64,000 bases of DNA from NCBI GenBank assembly GCA_963932905.1, contig CAWVRN010000001.1, forward strand, positions 128,001 through 192,000. Reading direction: 5' to 3'. Source of the stretch: an uncultured Bdellovibrio sp. (GTDB taxonomy: Bacteria; Bdellovibrionota; Bdellovibrionia; Bdellovibrionales; Bdellovibrionaceae). Both the position numbers and the translations under genes were made by a program. Under the pieces are notes generated by a model. The model saw only the letters and a list, made by a program, of their open reading frames with translations. It was not told the DNA's origin and made no database searches. This document shows positions 59,229 through 64,000 of this stretch, one piece after another. The first letter of the stretch is position 1, and each line of letters starts with the position of its first letter.

Positions 59229-60644
59229 ATGCTTATCGATTCGCATTTTTGGGATCAAGTTAAGTTCAACATGAAAGGTAGGAATCTAAACAACAAGTTA
59301 CTAGATACTTGGTTAGATCCTATCGAATATTTAAGTACAGCAGGCAGTGAAGTTAGACCAAAAATCGTTTTAGGGGTTCCGAACGCTTTTCATCAATATT
59401 TCGTCATTGAAAACCTGCAAGACAAAATTTACTCAGAGATTTCAGATCTTTACAATTCTCAGTTTGAGGTTGAATTTGTCGTAACTGGCAATAAAACGCC
59501 AGTTCCGCCGGAAAGCCCTCAGGCATTGGAAGAAGCTATTTTTAACCCATCGCAACCGATGAACCAAGCAGTTAGAAATGCAGCTATTTTCAATAAGGAT
59601 AAACCTTTCAATTCAGACCCTTTGAATGTGGAACTTACATTTTCTACGTTTGTAGTAGGGAAAAATTCTGAATTTGCGCACGCAGCGACTTATAACGTGG
59701 CTAAGAATCCTGGCGGCGATGATTATAATCCTCTCTATATATATGGACCGGTGGGAATGGGTAAAACTCATCTTTTGCACGCCGCTGGAAACTATATTCG
59801 CGAGAGTTACCCACAATTAAGAATTATCTATATTTCTGCCGAACACTTTATGAACGAATGTATTTCTTCAATTCGTCATCATAAAATGGATAAATTTCGC
59901 CAAAAATACCGCGAAAACGCAGATATTTTATTAGTCGATGATGTTCAGTTTATCGGTAAAGGTGAAGCCGTACAGGAAGAGTTTTTCCATACCATCAACA
60001 CCTTTATTGAGCGTAAAAAACAGGTGATTTTAGCATCCGATCGCATGCCTAAAGATATTATCGATTTAGAAGACCGTAATAGAACCCGTCTTGAGCGTGG
60101 TTTAATCGCGGATATTACAATGCCAGATTTAGAAACTAGAATTGCAATTTTAAGGTATAAAGCTGAAAAATTTGCGGTTCGTTTATCTGATGAAGTGGCG
60201 ACCTACATTGCGCGTATTTCAAAACGTTCAATCAGAGAGCTTGAAGGTAATTTAAAGAAAGTAAAAATGTTCTCTGAATTACAAGGCCTGCAAATTGACT
60301 ACGATCTGGTTAAACGCATTCTCTCTAGTCACGAGACACAAAGTACTATCGGGGCTGAAGAGATCCTTAAACGCGTCGCTGATCATTATAAAGTCAAAAT
60401 TCAGGATCTAAAGTCGACGACGCGAGCTAAACAGATCGTTGTTCCGCGACAAATTGCGATGTATTTGATCAAGAAATTTTTAGATAAGTCGTTGGTAGAT
60501 ATCGGTAAAACGTTCGGCGGTCGTGATCACACGACTGTGATGAACGCACTCGAGAGAGTCAAGTTTCTACAATCGAAAGATCAGGATATCTTTAAAGATA
60601 TCGAAGAGTTAGAGAGTAGAATCCACAATATCACAGGGGTGTGA
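59229..60644 (+). CDS. dnaA: Chromosomal replication initiator DnaA
   Basis: YNPLYIYGPVGMGKTHL, DDVQF, RELEG, GGRDHTTV; start at ATG 59229 after GAGGGG. Confidence 0.98.
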   Translation: MLIDSHFWDQVKFNMKGRNLNNKLLDTWLDPIEYLSTAGSEVRPKIVLGVPNAFHQYFVIENLQDKIYSEISDLYNSQFEVEFVVTGNKTPVPPESPQALEEAIFNPSQPMNQAVRNAAIFNKDKPFNSDPLNVELTFSTFVVGKNSEFAHAATYNVAKNPGGDDYNPLYIYGPVGMGKTHLLHAAGNYIRESYPQLRIIYISAEHFMNECISSIRHHKMDKFRQKYRENADILLVDDVQFIGKGEAVQEEFFHTINTFIERKKQVILASDRMPKDIIDLEDRNRTRLERGLIADITMPDLETRIAILRYKAEKFAVRLSDEVATYIARISKRSIRELEGNLKKVKMFSELQGLQIDYDLVKRILSSHETQSTIGAEEILKRVADHYKVKIQDLKSTTRAKQIVVPRQIAMYLIKKFLDKSLVDIGKTFGGRDHTTVMNALERVKFLQSKDQDIFKDIEELESRIHNITGV

Positions 60645-60867
60645 ATTGGGATTGTGTAAAAACGTGTGGATAAATCTACCGGCAACTTTGGGGATTTAAA
60701 AAACGCGGTTTTATACAGGGTTTCGGGTTTTTTTGTTAATGACTTTATCCACTAGGATACGTTAATAAAATCAACAGCTTAATAAGCTAAGTGCGAAATC
60801 CACAGCCCTACTACTACTACTAGTTATTTATATATATAGTATTAATATTTAATATGGACGAGGAAAT
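60645..60867. other. Replication origin oriC
   Basis: dnaA-dnaN gap; TGTGGATAA (60665-60673), TTATCCACT (60745-60753), AAATCCACA (60796-60804), then GCCC, (TAC)n trios and an AT-rich tract. Confidence 0.9.
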
Positions 60868-61974
60868 ATGAAAATTGAGATCGAGAAAAAAGACTTACTT
60901 GCCTTGATCGGTAAAACACTAAACATCGTTGATAAAAAAAATACCATGGCCGTTTTGGTAAACGTTTTACTCGATGCAGATCAGGACCGCGTAAAAGTAT
61001 TTGCCACTGACCTGGAAGTAAGTTTGACTGACGAAGTCTTCGCGAAAGTTTTAGAATCTGGCAAAGTGGTGGTAAGCACAAAAAGCCTTTTTGAAATTTG
61101 CCGAAAACTGGATGAAGGAAAAATCCAACTCGTTAAAAAAGAAAATAACTGGCTAGAAATAAAACAAGGAAAATTTTCTTCTCGAATCGTTGGTGTTAGT
61201 CACGAAGATTACCCAATTTTTCCAACGTACAATCCACAGCAATTTATCAAAATCAGTTCGCACCTGCTTCGCGAAATGATCGATAAAACAATTTACTCGG
61301 TATCGAATGACGAGACTCGCTACCATCTGAACGGTGTATATTTCGAAGTTTCACAAACTGGAAATTGCCGTATGGTTGCTACCGACGGACACAGAATGAG
61401 CTTGGTGAATAAACAACTAGAAATCGGCAAAGGCATTACTCCAGCCGGAGTTATCATTCCGAGAAAAGGTTTGTACGAGATTAAAAAAATCATCGAAGCA
61501 AATCCTGGTGAAGTGGAAATTGCTATCGAAGGATCACAATTTTACTTACGCAATGGAACGACTACGCTGATGATTCGTTTGATCGAAGGCAAGTATCCGA
61601 ATTATCAACAGTTTATTCCACAGAACTTGACTCAAAAAATTAAATTAAACAAAAATGATTTCTTAACTTCGCTAGAGCGTGTGGCACTTTTAGCGAATCA
61701 AAAATCAAAAGCAGTTTTGTTAAATCTAGTAAAAAATAAAATGGAAATTTCTTCTAATAATCCTGAACTGGGTGAAGCGAAAGAGGAAATGGAAGTTGAT
61801 TTCTCTGGTAACGATTTAAAAATTGGTTTCAATGCTCGTTACATCCTGGATGTACTGGCATCGATGGATCAACCTACCGTGCAACTTGAAGTGAATGATC
61901 ATTTGTCTCCGGGAGTGATTCGTCCTCTAGAAGATTTATCATACACGTGCGTTGTTATGCCGATGAGAATCTAG
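60868..61974 (+). CDS. dnaN: DNA polymerase III beta clamp
   Basis: ATDLEV, ATDGHR, GKYPNY, VVMPMRI. Confidence 0.98.
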   Translation: MKIEIEKKDLLALIGKTLNIVDKKNTMAVLVNVLLDADQDRVKVFATDLEVSLTDEVFAKVLESGKVVVSTKSLFEICRKLDEGKIQLVKKENNWLEIKQGKFSSRIVGVSHEDYPIFPTYNPQQFIKISSHLLREMIDKTIYSVSNDETRYHLNGVYFEVSQTGNCRMVATDGHRMSLVNKQLEIGKGITPAGVIIPRKGLYEIKKIIEANPGEVEIAIEGSQFYLRNGTTTLMIRLIEGKYPNYQQFIPQNLTQKIKLNKNDFLTSLERVALLANQKSKAVLLNLVKNKMEISSNNPELGEAKEEMEVDFSGNDLKIGFNARYILDVLASMDQPTVQLEVNDHLSPGVIRPLEDLSYTCVVMPMRI

Positions 61975-62020
61975 CCCTAGAAAAAACGCCGACAAAAAAT
62001 AATTTTTCAAAGGTGCTAGT

Positions 62021-63163
62021 TTGTTCGTAGAGAATATTTTAATAAAAGATTTTCGAAATATAAAATCTTTGCAAACCAGCTTTTCTAAGAACCTGAATGT
62101 GTTTTTAGGAAAAAATGGACAAGGCAAAACGAATTTACTGGAAAGCATTTATTTACTAGTAAATGGAAATTCGTTTCGCTACTCGAACAATGAATCTTTT
62201 ATCAACTACTCGTCTGAAAATAAGGCGTCAGTAAGTTTGATTCAATCCGTATTTCATCAAAACAGTTTGAAATATAATTTGAAAATGACGATTCAAAAAA
62301 AAACGAAAGAATTTTTCGTTAATGAAAAAAAAGTGTCGTCGGCACAAATTCAAAAAAAATTTTCGGTGGTTTTGTTTTCTCCGGAGAGTTTAAGTTTCAT
62401 AAAAGAATCGTCTGAATTTCGCCGAGTTTTACTCGACGAATTTTTAGCTTCCGTAGATTCAAAAAATGTCGATATAATTTCTGATTTCAAAAAAGCGCTC
62501 AAGAACCGTAACCGGCTGCTAAAAGACTTCAGGGATACCAAGATACCAAAAACCCAGTTTGACCCCCTCTTTGACTCGCTGACGGAGCTATACTTGGCTA
62601 AAGCAACCGATCTAGTGTGGAAAAGACTAGAGGCACTAGACAAAATTAAGGGCGATCTTAATGACAACATGCAATATATTAGTCAATCCAATGTGGATAT
62701 ATTTGTGGACTATGTGGCTTCCGATGAATCTTTTTTGCATTTTACGCGAGAAAAAATAGCAGAAAAACTAAAAAAACGGGCCCAAGAATTAAGATCGGCG
62801 GAAGTGTCGTCTGGAAGCTCATTAGTTGGCCCTCATAAACACGAAATTTTGTTTCTATATAACCAAAAAGATTCACGATTTTTTTGTTCGCAGGGGCAGC
62901 AAAGAGCTATTATATTATCTTTCAAAATGGCTCAAATAGTGTATCATCGAAGGGTTCACGGAACTTACCCAATTTTACTTTTGGATGACGTTTTGTCTGA
63001 GCTAGACAGCGAAAAAAGATTTCGGCTTGTAGAGTTTCTAGAAAAACTAGAAACTCAGATTTTTATTACAAGTACCGAGATTGATGCCGTCGAAAATTTA
63101 AATAAAGAGAACGTAAAAATTAAGTATTTAGATAATGGAATAATTAAAGATGATAGAGACTAA
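62021..63163 (+). CDS. recF: DNA replication/repair protein RecF
   Basis: GKNGQGKTNLLE, GPHK, SQGQQR, LLLDDVLSELD. Confidence 0.95.
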   Translation: MFVENILIKDFRNIKSLQTSFSKNLNVFLGKNGQGKTNLLESIYLLVNGNSFRYSNNESFINYSSENKASVSLIQSVFHQNSLKYNLKMTIQKKTKEFFVNEKKVSSAQIQKKFSVVLFSPESLSFIKESSEFRRVLLDEFLASVDSKNVDIISDFKKALKNRNRLLKDFRDTKIPKTQFDPLFDSLTELYLAKATDLVWKRLEALDKIKGDLNDNMQYISQSNVDIFVDYVASDESFLHFTREKIAEKLKKRAQELRSAEVSSGSSLVGPHKHEILFLYNQKDSRFFCSQGQQRAIILSFKMAQIVYHRRVHGTYPILLLDDVLSELDSEKRFRLVEFLEKLETQIFITSTEIDAVENLNKENVKIKYLDNGIIKDDRD

Positions 63164-63186
63164 CCCTCTCTAGCTAAAAGGATTTA

Positions 63187-64000
63187 ATGAGCCAGGAAAA
63201 AGAAGTAGAAAATAAGGATTATGGCGCGGATTCAATTCAAGTCCTAGAAGGTCTTGAGGCCGTTAGAAAAAGACCCGGTATGTATATCGGGGATACCGGT
63301 TTCCGTGGGTTTCACCATCTTGTGTATGAAATCGTGGATAACTCGGTTGACGAGGCGCTTGCTGGGTTTTGTAAGCATATTTTGATCAACATCAATGTTG
63401 ACGGATCTATTACGGTTCAAGATGACGGACGTGGCGTTCCTGTATCTGCACATAAAGCGGGTAAATCAGCTCTTGAGATAGTCTACACGGTTCTTCATGC
63501 GGGTGGTAAATTCGACGGCAGTTCATACAAAGTTTCCGGTGGCCTACATGGCGTTGGTGCTTCGGTTGTGAATGCATTATCTTCATTTTGCTTAGTAGAG
63601 AGTTCTCGTGAAGGTTTTGTTTGGTCGCAACGTTACGAAAAAGGTATTCCACAGACGGGCGTAGAAAAAGGCGCACCGACTACGAAAACGGGAACTAAAG
63701 TTACATTCAAGCCAGATCGTGAAATTTTCAAAGACGAAACAATCGAATTTGATTTCACTTATCTGTGTAATCGTTTCCGTGAATTAGCATTCTTGAACGC
63801 GGGTCTACATTTCGCTGTTTCCGATGATCGCACTCAGAAAAAACAAGATTTCCAATTCTCTAAAGGGGTGGCGGAATTTGTTAGTTATATGAATCAATCT
63901 AAAAAAGCGGTCCATAATGAAGTGATTTATTTCAAAGGTGAAAAAGACACTGTTGAAGTAGAAATCGCAGCTCAGTGGAATGATTCTTATTCAGAATCTA
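63187..64000 (+). CDS. gyrB: DNA gyrase subunit B (5' part, runs off the window; not in ORF track)
   Basis: Hand translation MSQEKEVENKDYGADSIQVLEGLEAVRKRPGMYIG...EIVDNSVDEA...DDGRG...GGLHGVG. Confidence 0.96.
   Translation, partial: MSQEKEVENKDYGADSIQVLEGLEAVRKRPGMYIGDTGFRGFHHLVYEIVDNSVDEALAGFCKHILININVDGSITVQDDGRGVPVSAHKAGKSALEIVYTVLHAGGKFDGSSYKVSGGLHGVGASVVNALSSFCLVESSREGFVWSQRYEKGIPQTGVEKGAPTTKTGTKVTFKPDREIFKDETIEFDFTYLCNRFRELAFLNAGLHFAVSDDRTQKKQDFQFSKGVAEFVSYMNQSKKAVHNEVIYFKGEKDTVEVEIAAQWNDSYSES

Overview
Replication-origin region of a bacterial chromosome, most likely a Bdellovibrionota (Bdellovibrio/Pseudobdellovibrio-like) predator; this is inferred from gene content and order. The right end holds the canonical origin block: atpF'FHAGDC, bactofilin-parB-parA, three parS sites, rsmG-mnmG-mnmE-jag-yidC-yidD-rnpA-rpmH, then dnaA, oriC (DnaA boxes, DnaA-trios, AT-rich tract), dnaN, recF and a partial gyrB. 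The middle has a membrane-arm-only nuoAHJKLMN operon, mfd, lon, two tandem DksA/TraR paralogs and hemW-grpE-dnaJ. Secreted hydrolases and unknown proteins are interspersed. The left end has tatBC, a porin and a small chemosensory operon. I saw no rRNA, tRNA, CRISPR array or mobile element. The most interesting unexplained signals are: (1) ANGGA-loop hairpins between dksA and lon, resembling a CsrA-binding RNA or terminator switch; (2) a structured ~220-nt leader before a RacA-like HTH/coiled-coil gene; (3) a lipoprotein gene bracketed to the nucleotide by parS sites; (4) an MCP with a periplasmic CxxCH motif paired with a stand-alone Cache protein; (5) a Zn-free plus Zn-finger DksA pair; (6) a Cys-rich secreted effector-like protein with a small partner. 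All calls come from reading motifs by eye; no searches were run.
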